Part shown: positions 1-17,705 of the stretch, one piece after another
How positions within the stretch are numbered: position 1 is the first letter of the stretch
Layout of the letters: every line of letters starts with the position of its first letter
DNA from: the human T2T-CHM13v2.0 reference genome, Homo sapiens
DNA length: 64,000 bases
Assembly (NCBI RefSeq): GCF_009914755.1
Contig: NC_060928.1
Reading direction: 5' to 3' (one strand)
Notes under the pieces: generated by a model
What the model saw: only the letters and a program-made list of their open reading frames with translations
The model's database searches: none
Told to the model about the DNA's origin: nothing
Made by a program: the position numbers and the translations under genes

Positions 1-1842
1 CTCTCAAATTTCTGATGATTCTTAGTTCATGCTTTTGAATGAAAGACTAGGTTAATTATGTCGTGTAAATTACCTTTCGGTTTCACAAAATGGTCTCTGC
101 CTTGAATGAAACAACTGACAACTCACTCCAAGTTGCAGAGATTTGTCAACAGGTAGACATCTCTAAAGGGCACCCTGATAGTGAAAGTTAGGCATACTGG
201 GAACTCTTATAATCACTTTAGAAGAGTTTTATTCTGAAATTGGATTAATGTAGTGAATGTTACATCTGGGCTGAGCTGTCTTCTTTTTTGTTTGTTTTTT
301 GAGTATCTCATTTTTATATGGAAGTACTTCAAGCTTAAATATTCCTTCCATTTAGTGTTTTAAACTTTAAACTCACATAAATACATGTCTTAGGCAGGCT
401 GCTGTCAGCAGTTGTGTACACTGGAAAGGTTAGAGGATGTGATTGCCCCAGGTATTTGAACTGCATTTCTCTGAATCCTGAGATGATTATCCTATGGCCA
501 TTTTGTACTTTTAAAATATTTTTAGTTTGATTCTGAAGCTCTCAGCTTTCTTTGAAAGGAACTTAGCTCTGGTGTTTAGGTTACGATTCTCTCTTATATT
601 TCTGTTATCTCAAGAAATCTAGTCCTCTTTTATTCTTAGCTTAGATAATTTTTTCCACATTTAATCCCCTAATAACAACTTTATATTTTTTCTAGAAGTG
701 CCTTGTGTTCACCGTTTTTATTCTGTTTTCTGACTATTTTTCACATTTGTTGAGTCCAGCACCTTGAACTAGAATGCTTATGGTTTTCTTGTTTATTATA
801 ATTTTAAGGGGCTCCATATCTGCCTTTGAATAAACTGAATAAGCACACTTAACAATTACAGAGTATAAAGATCTATGCTTTAAATTGCAGATAAAATACT
901 AGTAATAACATTGAAATTACTCCAGTAAATTTAAGAGTGTCTATAAGAATAAACATTAAGATAAGTATTTTAAGATCGAAAAATATTTATAAGATAAATT
1001 GGAAAAAATACATTTTTCTAGCTATAAATGATTGAAAACCTCTTTATCTAGTTCTAGAAACTTGACTACTTAAGGATTTTGCTTCAATTATTAAGGAATA
1101 GGAGAAGTTGTTAGATATTATTAGTGATTTTCCTTTTTAAAAACATCTGAATGTTTTACATTAAATAATATAATAAGATTGTACAGTGAGCTATTAAAGA
1201 AAAAGGTATGAATTTCCAAGTATTTCTCTCTCTCAATCAGGGTTTGTTACTATAAAATCATATCAAAATCAGAAACATACCAAATTGTAAACTGCGATAA
1301 AGTGATAACTCCCCTCCCCACAACTTAAATTTGTCTTATTTCTCAACATATTTTCATTATTCTTAATTAACTGTTACATAACTAATGCTATAAATTTGAG
1401 TTTATAATATATAGATGTGTGTATTCTAAGATGATACAATTTTATGTTTTTTGTTTTTATTTTATTTTGAAATATTCTGTTAGCTATTCAAGAAATTAGT
1501 AATTTTTAAACATTGGCTTTTCCTGTGAAAGTCAAAATTATGAAATCTTTTACTACTAATATGATAGAAAAATAATGCATAGAATTTTGAGAACTGATTT
1601 TTATGTTTATCACCAACTTTTTAATAGCTCATATGTTGAGAAATTAAAACTGCCTTCTAAAATAACCAGTTAAAATACTCTTCTGACTAAAAGCATACTA
1701 TTTATTTTTGCAATTGAAGGATTAAGTATACACATCTCAGAATTATCTTCATTAAGCTGGCTTATGGAGGTTGAATTTCTCATGAGTTCATAAAATTTCT
1801 TGTCATACTGAATTTGGGAAATGCTTTATAAAATAGGAAATA

Positions 1843-1919
1843 AGTGTATATGCGTATGTGTATGTATCTGTATATGTATGTGTGTATGTATGTATACATA
1901 TATACATATACAGATATAT
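1843..1919. repeat. Imperfect (TG/TA)n microsatellite
   Basis: gtgtatatgcgtatgtgtatgtatctgtatatgtatgtgtgtatg...catatacagatatat. Confidence 0.8.
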
Positions 1920-3284
1920 TTTTTCAGATGTCATCACGAGTGTATTTATTAAAAACCCTTTCATTTAACATTCTAGGAGGTAGAATAAGATGTTAAGCAT
2001 GTGTTGACATACTTTAATTTCTACAGGGTTCTACTGTGCAACTTAATTATTATTCTTTTTCCTTGTCAAGCAATTAAATGTCAAATGGCAGGGAATTTGT
2101 TCTTCAATAATGATCTATTGAATTATTTCACTACAAACATTTTAATTGAGTTCCAATTTACTATGCTTGTTTTAAGATATGAAGAAGAAATAAAGCTTCT
2201 TTGTTTTCTCAACAGGTTTCATCTTTCTCATAAAGTCCATTGGGAATAAATAAAGGTGGAATATAAATTTTAACTTACCAGTTTGATATATTTTCTTTCT
2301 TTTTGGTTTAAGGTATATTCCAGGCAACTCAGTCCCTTTCAGGTAACTCAGTCTCTTTCAGGTAAATGCTAACCTTCAACTGCTCTTTCTGAAAGTGTAA
2401 TCTCTATTTATGGGCGACAGGAGGTTTGCATGACATGGTGCTTGCGGGTACTTGAGTTCTCAGCCATTTGTCAAAGATTTTATGTTACTCTCCTTTTCCA
2501 TTGGTCTTTATGCTGAATTCCCTTATATTTTTTCTTACATCATCTGTATTATGAAATAGTTGATGTTTCTACTCTTTCCTCTGGCACAGGTATGCACATC
2601 ACAACTTTATTATGAAGATACTTTGCCTACTCTGGCCCTAGCAACAAAACTGTTAACTTTTCTAAACTATCATGGAAGAATGGGAACTTTTGGATACTTA
2701 TGAAGCCAAGGGAGGCTCATGAGGGCAAAGTCGGGCTTTCTTAATGCCCAAACATGGACAGCTGGGGATTGCAGCATAGCCATGCAGAGCCAGCCCCTGC
2801 TGATTGACTTCTGAGCTTCACTCTCATTAGTTTAGCAACCACTACTTCTCCCTTCTTGTATTGTGACCTCCATGCCTGAAGAGTCTTCTCTGATATTCGC
2901 AAACTAAGAATATGGTGGCACTTTGGGCTTTTCCCTTATCCTAATGACCCATTCTGGGTTAATTCTACAATTATGTGGGAAATCGGAACACATAAGCCTG
3001 ACCATTTGTTTCTCTGATGTCTTATTCTCTCTTCTCTTTTCTACACTAGGATGAAATGTGTGAACTATATTTATTTCTAGAGTGTTAGTAATAAATAGCT
3101 TTATCTCACATATTGCTACGAAAAGAATTCCTGAATAATTTGATAATATGAATATATTTCTATGAAGAATTATGTAAGACCTTCATAAATACCTTATAAT
3201 TACAAAATTTTCCAAGCCTATTTAACTTATTTTGTAAGTCTTCCAAATAATTTATATTCTTTTTATTAGCAGAATACTTTTCTT

Positions 3285-3579
3285 GTCTGGGCATGGTGGC
3301 TAATGTCTGTAATCCTGGCACTTTGGGAGGCTGAAGTGAGTGGATCGTTTGAGGCCAGGAGTTCGAGACCAGCCTGGCCAACATGGCAAAACGCTGTCTC
3401 TACTAAAAATACAAAAATTAGCTGGGAATGGTGGCATGACCCTGTAATCCCAGCTACTAGGGAGGCTGAGGCACAAGAATCGCTTGAGCCTGGAGGTAGA
3501 GGCTGCAGTGAGCTGAGATTGAGCCACTGCTCTCCAGCCTGGGTGAGAGAGCAAGACTCTGTTTCAAAAAACAATAGAA
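3285..3579 (+). mobile_element. Alu SINE (AluJb/AluSz-like), full length
   Basis: Both arms, A5TACA5 linker, degenerate A tail; target-site duplication agaatacttttctt (3271-3284) / ggaataattttctt (3580-3593). Confidence 0.95.
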
Positions 3580-3629
3580 GGAATAATTTTCTTATGTTAC
3601 TTCTTTTTGATTCCAATTCTAATATTTGT

Positions 3630-4022
3630 AGTATTAGGGTTTTTCAGAGAAATTGAACCATTAGAATGCAGATAGAGAGAGAAAGATTTATTTTAAGAAA
3701 TTGGCTCACACCATTGTAGGGGGACAGTGAGTGTGAAAGTTGTAGAATAGGTTGATAGGCTGGAAATTTGGTTAGGAGTTGGTGCTTGTCTTGAGCAATC
3801 TGGAGATAGAATCTCTTTTTTAGGAAACCTGTTTTGGCTTTTAAGGGCTTTACCCAGTTTAATCAAGCCCACCCATATTATTGAAGGTACTCTCCTTTAC
3901 TTAAAGTCAATTAATTGTAGATGTTCACTACATGTGGAAAATACATGTGGTTTGCATCAACACCTAGATTAGTGTTTACTTACATAACCTAACGAAGTTG
4001 ACACATAAGAATAAAAATTACA
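3630..4022 (-). mobile_element. MLT2-family (ERVL) solo LTR
   Basis: Begins gtattagggtttttcagagaaa, ends aagttgacacataag...aattaca, the reverse complement of the MLT2 termini (TGTGATGGTTAATTTTATGTGTCAACTT...CCCTAATACA). Confidence 0.8.
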
Positions 4023-5469
4023 GCCACTGAATATAATAAAACTATGCAATTTTAAGTACCTATTTCACCTGTCATAAACTTACAATAGCAATGTACTATG
4101 TAATATATTCTGTGCTTCCTTTAAATTTCTTTGAAACAAAATATATATGTTTTTCTCTAATATCAATTGCATTCATTAATATTTACATAAAAACTGGTAA
4201 AATAAAAATAAATGATAAAGTATGTCATTAACAATGTAATTTATTCTATGTACCACAATTATTTGATCCTTACCTGTGCTACTTAGGAACAATACTGAGA
4301 AAATAATTATTATCAGTATGAGCATATAGAAATATAATCTCTCATTTGAAAATAATTTTGGGGTTTGAGACAAATATTCTCAAAGATTCAATTGTATACA
4401 TTATGGGAGCTCAAAAAACACAGACAAATATGCTTAAACTATTCTGTTCAATTTATGTTTTATTTTAGTCTATATGTGATGGCAATTGTATCTCATACTG
4501 AGTCACTAAATCTAAGGTACATTTAGTAATCTCATAGGAATGATGATATGATTTCCCAAAATACTAGGACATATGAATCTAATATTTCTTCTGAAAATAG
4601 GACCAATTATTTAAATCAAAATTGTCCTAAAATTTAGGACATACAGTAGCTAACAGTCAAGAGGGGAAAACGAGCATGTGATTTACATATGTGGTTGACT
4701 ATACTGATTAAATATATATTGACTATATATTGATTTTCATGATTTTATCTCTGTTATAGTTGTTCTTAAAAACTGAGCAGATATGTACAAAAGAGTGTTG
4801 TCAATAAAAAACAAAGAATACTGAAATGTAAGATATATCACCAAAAATAGAACAGAACAATATAAAACCCCAAAACATAATTACGACTAAATAGGTATAT
4901 TGCTTTTTTTATCTTCTGAAAATAATAAAAGGATCAATTTGTACTGCTCTAATTGTAGTAACTATATATAGAAAATATAAAGTGAAGCTTGAACACAAAA
5001 GGGGAGGTATAAAAAGAAATGAGAATGTTAAGACTATGGAAACAAAGAAAAGGATAAGTTCAAATATTCATGTCACATAATTGATTAACTACAAGATGGG
5101 AGTCTGCACATGGAGATTGATTGTAAATCAAGTTACAACCAACAATCTATTTTAGTATGATTGAAAAGACATCCTGGTGAATGAGTTGATAATGGACAAC
5201 GTTCTCGGTTGCTGGTGAGAATAGGCCACATTTGCAGTGTAGTAAGCTCAATTCAACGTATAAAGAAAGGAAGGCACAGATTTATCCCCAGGCAGAAAAG
5301 CAACAGTCTGGTTGACCATATGCCCATGCAAATAGTTTAGTATGTGCAAAAGGAATTTAAGTTTTATTAGGGGAGTAACTATACCTAATTGGACAATTGT
5401 CATCAGCTACCAAAAGAGTGTGTTTACATGGAAGGAGGTAAAATGGAACATCATATTATAATGCACTAT

Positions 5470-5628
5470 ATTATTTATTTTGTTTACTGGCCACTTATGC
5501 AACTAGAAATAAAATTTCATAAGTAAAGATACTTCTTCTTTGCCTTTTTTGATTACTATATTTGCAGCTCCTATAACAATAGCTGGCACAGCATAGGTCC
5601 ATAAGAAATACTGACTGAATGAGTGAAT
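5470..5628 (+). mobile_element. L2 LINE 3' end relic
   Basis: gctggcacagcataggtccataagaaatactgactgaatgagtgaat resembles the L2 terminus with (TGAA)n. Confidence 0.65.
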
Positions 5629-5805
5629 CCATAAAACATAAAGAAATTTCAATCAACAAAATTTAACTCATAGATATCAGTAAAAACAATATAAGTAATA
5701 AACAATGAGTAATGAATGATAGCATTGTTTGTTTTTCTTTAAAATATTTTTCTTTTGTGCTCATGAGCATAAGATCTAAAGATATTTTGATTTAAAAATA
5801 TTACC

Positions 5806-6080
<275 letters not shown>

Positions 6081-6996
6081 TTAGATGTATTTTAATATTA
6101 ATACAGTATAGAGGATGTTGATGTACCCTGCAGACAGAGTGTGAATAGACTGAAATTTTACTCCTAGAATTGAAGTAAACTATTTAAAAACTACAAATTT
6201 CTATTCATATTTTGCTTAAAAATCATCTGTATATTCTTTTCTATTTACCAGGAATATCAAATTAAAATGATACTTGGCATAATCCCAGTCAGTGATTTCT
6301 GGAAGAGCTAATTTAGTTTTCTCTCCTGACCTAAATAGTTTCTAGGTAATATATAAGTTAGTTTAGCTTGTCACCAGGATGTAATATTGAGGTTCTTGTA
6401 AATACAAAAGAGTAATTGTTATTTTAATCCTGACTACTTTTTTTCTCAGCACTGGAAATTTACTGCCATAGTAGCTCTTTATATATAATTAGAGATATAA
6501 GCAATAATTATATTGTCACACATACATTTGTAACCAGAAAAAGAACAGAGTTTTAAGTTAGTTATGCAAAATAGTATTTTTACATTTTTCTATTTTTTTA
6601 AAATTTTGTCAAATATATTAGCAGTTATATAATAAACATAACTGGTTAAGTTTCTAACATGATGCGACAGATAAGGACATGAGAAATGCCTTTAAGTTTT
6701 GCTCAAATTTATTTTTAAAAAATTAACTGATGAAATAGGAATATACACAAATAGTTAAAATCATTATAAAACAAATAATGATTTTAGCTTATTGAAATAA
6801 AACCTAAAAATAAATGCCTGATACATTGTTTGGTGTAAGAATTCACATATAGAATTTATTTATGGTACTTTGACTTTGTCTACCTAAAAACCTCCAAATG
6901 ATTTCAAAGTCAAAGAAAAATGGTAATCAGGTTGCAAGAAAAAGGAGAGAAGTAGCAGAATATTTGTGCATTTTAAGAAGAGTTCCTAGGAATTCT

Positions 6997-8050
<1,054 letters not shown>

Positions 8051-8417
8051 AAGGGAAGAAATTAAGAATGTATTGAAAACTTAGGGAGCTAATTAGGCAA
8101 GGTGGCTGCCTAATATTATGTGCGTAATAGTTGTACTGAGTTTTTACAAGGCTCTGTTCCGGACTAAACCATTCCTCCTTTTATACAACTCAGTAAGGCC
8201 CTCTCTTTTCCCCTCCTTCTTTAGGAAAGATCCTTTCATTTCTGACACAGCTGGTTATAAGCTCTGTATGGATGGACACTACTGTACTGGACACTGCCAA
8301 ATGTCACTGCAAAGCTGGCCCTGTCTCCTCTCCATGTGCTGGACCTGGAGACAATAGCCCTTGATTAGTCCCTCCTTCATGCATCAAAGATTTCCAACAA
8401 ACACTTAAGGAAATAAA

Positions 8418-8831
8418 TGAAGACAAATCAAATGAGAACTAACAGAGGCTATTTATTCAGAAGTTGCTGTACAAAGGGGTTCGGCCACCATCACTTGCAT
8501 TTGGCAGAGACTTACAGGCAAGCAACGAAGTGGGAAAACCTAATAGTGAAAAAAGAGAAGGCTCAGGTGTACGCTCTCAGAGCCAGAGGTCATGGGGAAC
8601 CTGGAGGAAGGCTAAATAAAAACAGAGCATCTCATATAATTAATTGGGGAAACATATTTGGCTTCTGGTTGGTTCTGAGTTGGGGTGGGTGTGAAAAAAC
8701 AAAACAAAACAAAACAGGGAGAATAACATCCATTGGCCAAGTATTGGGACTGGCTGTAGCAGAGGTTGGAGGTCAGCTTTCTGTTATAACATATGGTCTG
8801 GCCATTGTATCTTTAGCATATTCAGTCTTCA
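8418..8831 (-). mobile_element. Solo LTR, probably ERV1 class (MER90/MER110-like)
   Basis: Terminal inverted tgaagac...gtcttca (TG..CA), minus-strand AATAAA near the left end (tttatt ~8452), right end reads TGAAGACTGAATATGC...ACAATGGCCAGACCATATG on minus; family name from memory. Confidence 0.6.
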
Positions 8832-9269
8832 CACTAAAGACTTTTTACCTTTGGACGACTCCTTGGAAACTCAGAATGAATGGCGTTCTTCAGGTTTTGA
8901 AAACAGAGGGTTAGTCAATTGAGAAATCACTGTATTTCAACTCAGAGGCTGCCTCTGTCTAGGTGCACAACTTAGTGAATAAAAGCAGATAGAAAAAAAG
9001 GAAGGTTGTGAATATATTGGTAATTGTCTGCGATAATATAATTTAGCCTTTTTTTATTATTATTACACTTTAAGTATTAGGGTACATGTGCACAACATGC
9101 AGGTTTGTTACATATGTATACATGTGCCAGGTTGGTGTGCTGCACCCATTAACTCATCATTTAGCATTAGGTATATCTCCTAATGCTATCCCTCCCCGCT
9201 TCCCCCACCCCACAACAGGCCCAGGTGTGTGATGTTCCCCTTCCTGTGTCCATGTGTTCTCTCTGTTCA

Positions 9270-13100
<3,831 letters not shown>

Positions 13101-13163
13101 TATGATGTTAGCTGTTTATTTTGCTCATTAGTTGATGCAGTTTCTTCCTAGCCTTGATGTTCT

Positions 13164-13380
13164 TTACAATTTGGCATGTTTTTGCAGTGGCTGGTAGCGG
13201 TTGTTCCTTTCCATGTTTAGTGCTTCCTTCAGGAGCTCTTTTAGGGCAGGCCTGGTGGTGACAAAATCTCTCAGCATTTGCTTGTCTGTAAAGGATTTTA
13301 CTTTTCCTTCATTTATGAAGCTTAGTTTGGCTGGATATGAAATTCTGGGTTGAAAATTATTTTCTTTAAGAATGTTGAAT
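13164..13380 (-). pseudogene. L1 ORF1p C-terminal fragment
   Basis: FQPRISYPAKLSFINEGKVKSFTDKQMLRDFVTTRPALKELLKEALNMERNNRYQPLQKHAKL is the L1 ORF1p C-terminus. Confidence 0.95.
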
Positions 13381-13800
13381 GTTTCCAGTGAAATTTTAAG
13401 CAATTTAGCCTAGTGTTTATTTAAGTTGAATTGAAAAAGCAGGCTTTCCAATTGTTTATGTGATATACCTTAGAAGGGCAAAACATATTTATGTGAAAGT
13501 CTAGAAAAAAACTCATCACTCAAAATTAACAAGGTAATAGAACTGGGAATGTACATTTTAGTTTTTGACTTCATTTTAAGTCTTTATCTAACATGTAAAC
13601 ACTGCACAGAATAAATGTATTTTGTTATGAAGATAAAATTTGAGTCAGGATATTCAATAACTATTCTTAATTCTATTCATAAACCCAAATAGGATACTTA
13701 GAAAAATTGGCTGTGTTATGATGGATTCAAGCATCTTGAAATTATTACATGATTATGAAGTATGCAATGTTAATGCAGAGTACCCTGAATTAGACATAAA

Positions 13801-14152
13801 CAGTCATGAACCACAGAACATTTCCATCAACAATGGACTGCATATGCAACTGTGATCCTATAAGATTATAATACTGTATTTTTACTGTACCTTTTCTATG
13901 GTCAGATATGCTTAGATACACAAATACTTGCCATGTGTTCAATTGCCTCCAGTATTCAGCATAGTAACATGCTGTATAGGTTTGTGGCCTAGGAGCAAAA
14001 GGCTATACCACAAGGCTTAGCTGTAGCTTAGGTGTATATTAGGCTATACCATCTATGTTTGTGTGAGTACACTCTATTATGTTCACACGATGACAAATGC
14101 CTCATGCTACAATTCTCAGAATGTGTCTTTATCATTAAGTGATGCATGACAC
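13801..14152 (+). mobile_element. Tigger3a (MER7A) non-autonomous DNA transposon
   Basis: Termini cagtcatg... / ...ttaagtgatgcatgac; core ataagattataatactgtatttttactgtaccttttctatg and cctaggagcaaaaggctatacc. Confidence 0.85.
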
Positions 14153-16129
14153 TATTTTAATAGAACTTTCTGTGTCTATGTTAGAGTATTAATAAATTAT
14201 TAATAGAATAGGTATTATGTTAAAGTAACTAATATAATGTGTGCCATTGGACAATTAACTATGCACATTCATTCCTAACTGTATGTGAGTGCTTTGAACA
14301 TATTTTTTCACTTTTAGTTTCACTAAGAATTATCAAGTTTCTAATGTCAACAATGTTAAAAGATATTAAAATATTATGAGTTCATTTTGAAGGTTATGTC
14401 AAAAATATTGACTGTTATTTGGTAGATGGTCTGTCTCCAAGCATTCACTGTCTGATTTCTGAAGTCTGAACATTCATCTTCTTCTCTTTTCATTGTTAAA
14501 TATTAATCTTTAGAGTTAGACTTATCTGCCACTTCCCCAAAGAGCTTCCAAGACTCCTCATATCAGCATGCATGTCCCTACCATATTTTAGACAACATCC
14601 TGTACTTCTCCTTCACAAACCTGATCATGCTCCTGATGACTATTTCCCCTGACTTGCCCTTCCTCACTTCCCAAATATGCCATATCACATCAAATTTAGC
14701 ACATTTTTACTAACAAATGAAAACCAACATTTTAAATTATCTGTTCATCATATTTTATTATGTTTTTAAAAGACTACCTGCAGTTGGAAATATTTAAGTC
14801 ACTGATGACTTAAATTTCTATACATTTCTCTTTAGAGATGGAATAAGGCAACACAAAGTAAGGGTGTATTTTCTTTCTGATCACAGCATGAAAATAGCCT
14901 GCTGAAAGAATTCACTTTGAAAATGCCACAAAACAGACAATGGAAAAATGAGGTAAGTTCTCATTTTTCAGACTTCTGCATAAAAGCTTTTAAACTCATT
15001 GACAGCAGCAATATCTTTCATTTCCCCTTTCTAAGAGTAAAGCACCATTTCTAAGTAAACAAGCCTTCACAGAACTCATATGTCTAAGTGTATTTGATAG
15101 ATAAATGAATAACATCAAAACTAATTCTCTGCTTAATGGATGTACAACTTTTCTAGCATCTACTCATTTGTGTGTGAATGCACCATAAGTGTAGGTGGTC
15201 TTCCAGTCAGTTATACTTCAGCTGAGCATGACATGAGGAGTACACAACAAAACAGCCTCCTTGAGGACGCAGTAATGGAGAACAACAAGACAGATAATAA
15301 TGAGGGATTAGAACACTGCCTCATAAATCTACAGTGATGCTGACAAGATTTCAGCTTTGAGAATGACCAACCTTTCTCTTACTCCTGAGGTGCAGTGAAA
15401 GATGGTAGGCTAATGGGCTTATTTTGCCAAAGCCATTGCCCAGGCAATTCATAATTTTTAAAAGAAAGGTTTCTATATTGTTTTATGTTGATCTATAAAA
15501 TGATAGTGTTTTGGTCTTAATCCAATGTATCCAAACTATTCTCACTGGATTTGGATAAATTATAAAATAATAATTTTAGCTAGTAATTTGCAGAAATTGT
15601 TACTACTACACTGGGAATTGACATCACTCTTTATAAGAGTTTGGTCACAATTAGGCTAACTCTTCAGTTCAGGGAAAACTTATCAATATACTTACAACCC
15701 AAAGTACACATATAAATAAATGAATTTATGCTTAAAAAAACAATTGTAGCTAATTACAAACAGAGTTCTAAACCTGAATTTGATTGTCCAAGGTAAGGAA
15801 AATTTGACAAGTAGTCAGTGTTTTACAGACTATGCTATTAACCTAAGCATTGCATCTGGTTAATTTATACAACTATGATGTTGATTTGCCAGTCATCCAG
15901 CTAATTTTGATCAATGATATATTAAAATAAATATGGTAGAAAACAGCCAAAGTCAAACAATTGAGTAATGACACTGGAAAGTATTCATGGATTCTAGACT
16001 GCTTTTTGAATAAATAGTAAGCAAAATTAAGACATGAGAAATTATTTTATTTTAATACTTTAACTGAACAAAAGGTTTCAAGCTTTGAGTTGACTAAAAA
16101 TGTCTAATCTCAAGTTATTCATAAAGAAC

Positions 16130-16325
16130 TGACCATAAATCCATAGAGACAGAAAGTAGATCGGTGGTGATGTGGGGCCACATGTGGGACTTAGAAGTGA
16201 ATATATATGGGCACAATGTTTGTTTTTTAGGGTGTTGGAGGTATCTAAAATTAGATTTTGGTATTGTTTACACCACTCTGTTAATGTACTGAAAATCATT
16301 GAATTGTGTATTTAAAATGAATAGA
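16130..16325 (+). mobile_element. L1M (MB/MC/ME-type) 3'UTR fragment
   Basis: aatccatagagacagaaagtagatcggtggt...ctctgttaatgtactgaaaatcattgaattgtgtatttaaaatg. Confidence 0.75.
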
Positions 16326-17004
16326 TATTTTGATGAAGTTAACAGAAGAAATCACAGCATTCTACTAAAGGCATGTTGTCATATAAGGGATGTTTGTGGG
16401 CCTTGAGCTCTTCTAATAGCAGGCATTACTTTTCAGGCTCACAGTTGGTGGAGGTTTTCTGTGAATTGACAGGGATTGACAGGTTAATATAGAGAGGATT
16501 TGAATGAGAACCCTTATTCCTTAGCATGCTTAAAGAGCAGTGAGCAACATATTACCTCATTTTTAAATAGGTGTTGGAAAGACTTTCGTTGATCTGCTAC
16601 TGAAAATGATGCCAAAATATTGAGATTTTATAAATCTCCATACTAATTTAAACTAGGCTGCCAAAAAGCATCAATGATGCATATTCACAAATGTATACCA
16701 TATTTTCAAGCAATTGAAAGCATATCTGAGCCAAAAAGTTTATCAGGATTATATATGAATCCTTAATATGTAATTAAAATTAAAATAGCATATTATAACT
16801 TATCCTTTCAGGAACTTTATAAATATTTTTACATAATTGATATTTACAAGAAAGGTATTGACTATTAAATTTTAAGGCAGCTGATGGAAGTTTAAATGTG
16901 TGATTAGAAATTCCTGCTTTAATGTAAATAGCATATTTAGGAATGTGTTGAATTCTCAGTACATACAGTACTATTTTTTCCTTAGTAGTGTTATGTTTTA
17001 TGAA

Positions 17005-17052
17005 ACACACACGTAGACACATGTGCATGCACACACACACACACACACACAC
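17005..17052. repeat. (CA)n microsatellite
   Basis: acacacacgtagacacatgtgcatgcacacacacacacacacacacac. Confidence 0.9.
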
Positions 17053-17705
17053 CGCTTATAAATCCAGTGGTACACAAGGCCTTATAAGGAAAAGCAAAGG
17101 TTACATTGCTCCACTGCTCCTTGTCCCACCCCTAATACTTCAAAACAAAAATTTCTGTCTCTTTTATTCTGTTGGTTACTTTCACATCACTACATTAGAT
17201 AATTATAATACTGAATATAAATTCATTAACTGTGAATATTACCTACTGACTTTTGCCATGATAAGTGAGGACTTAGCATTTTAAGACTGTGGGAACATTA
17301 GCCCTGTTCGTTTTTTAACTTCATTGTTTTCATTATTGTGTACTACTATTTTTAATAGGATCTTGGGAGGAAGAGGGAAAAATCGCATATTATCAGTCTG
17401 ATTAAAATGGAATCTGAAGTTCAAGTGCTTTTTAATAATGGCTTGTAAATTTCAGTCTGCCCTATATTTAACCTGAGACCCTACTCAGGGACTCAGCACT
17501 CTTGGTGTCCCAGAAGGGCATTCTTCAATTAGGGTTGATTCTGGTTTTACCTCTTACTTGCTTAAACATAACTAGTCATAAATCTTACTGGTTTTTCCTC
17601 CTGTAAGCCTCTTAGATTTCCCCTTTTCAGGCTTATTTCACCTCATCTGCCTAGTTCAGGTTTGTATAATCTTTATAAAATGATACAAAAGTAAAACTAA
17701 TTTTT

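Noticed and set aside
3160-3656. Overlapping 74-117 aa ORFs (also at 7.3, 23, 26.4, 30.6, 43.5, 60.7 and 62.6 kb)
   Set aside because: Typical Alu translations ([23 protein letters not shown]); not genes.
4470-4655. Possible MER96-like hAT element
   Set aside because: Only short ggacata-type matches to a remembered terminus; too degenerate to call.
5090-5420. Possible CR1/L3 LINE relic
   Set aside because: Weak resemblance around tgtgcaaaaggaatttaagttttattag; not supportable without an HMM search.
8417-8914. 165-aa ORF, the longest non-L1 ORF
   Set aside because: Runs antisense across a solo LTR and through a (CAAAA)n run, with no recognisable domain; most likely chance. Ribo-seq support would be needed.
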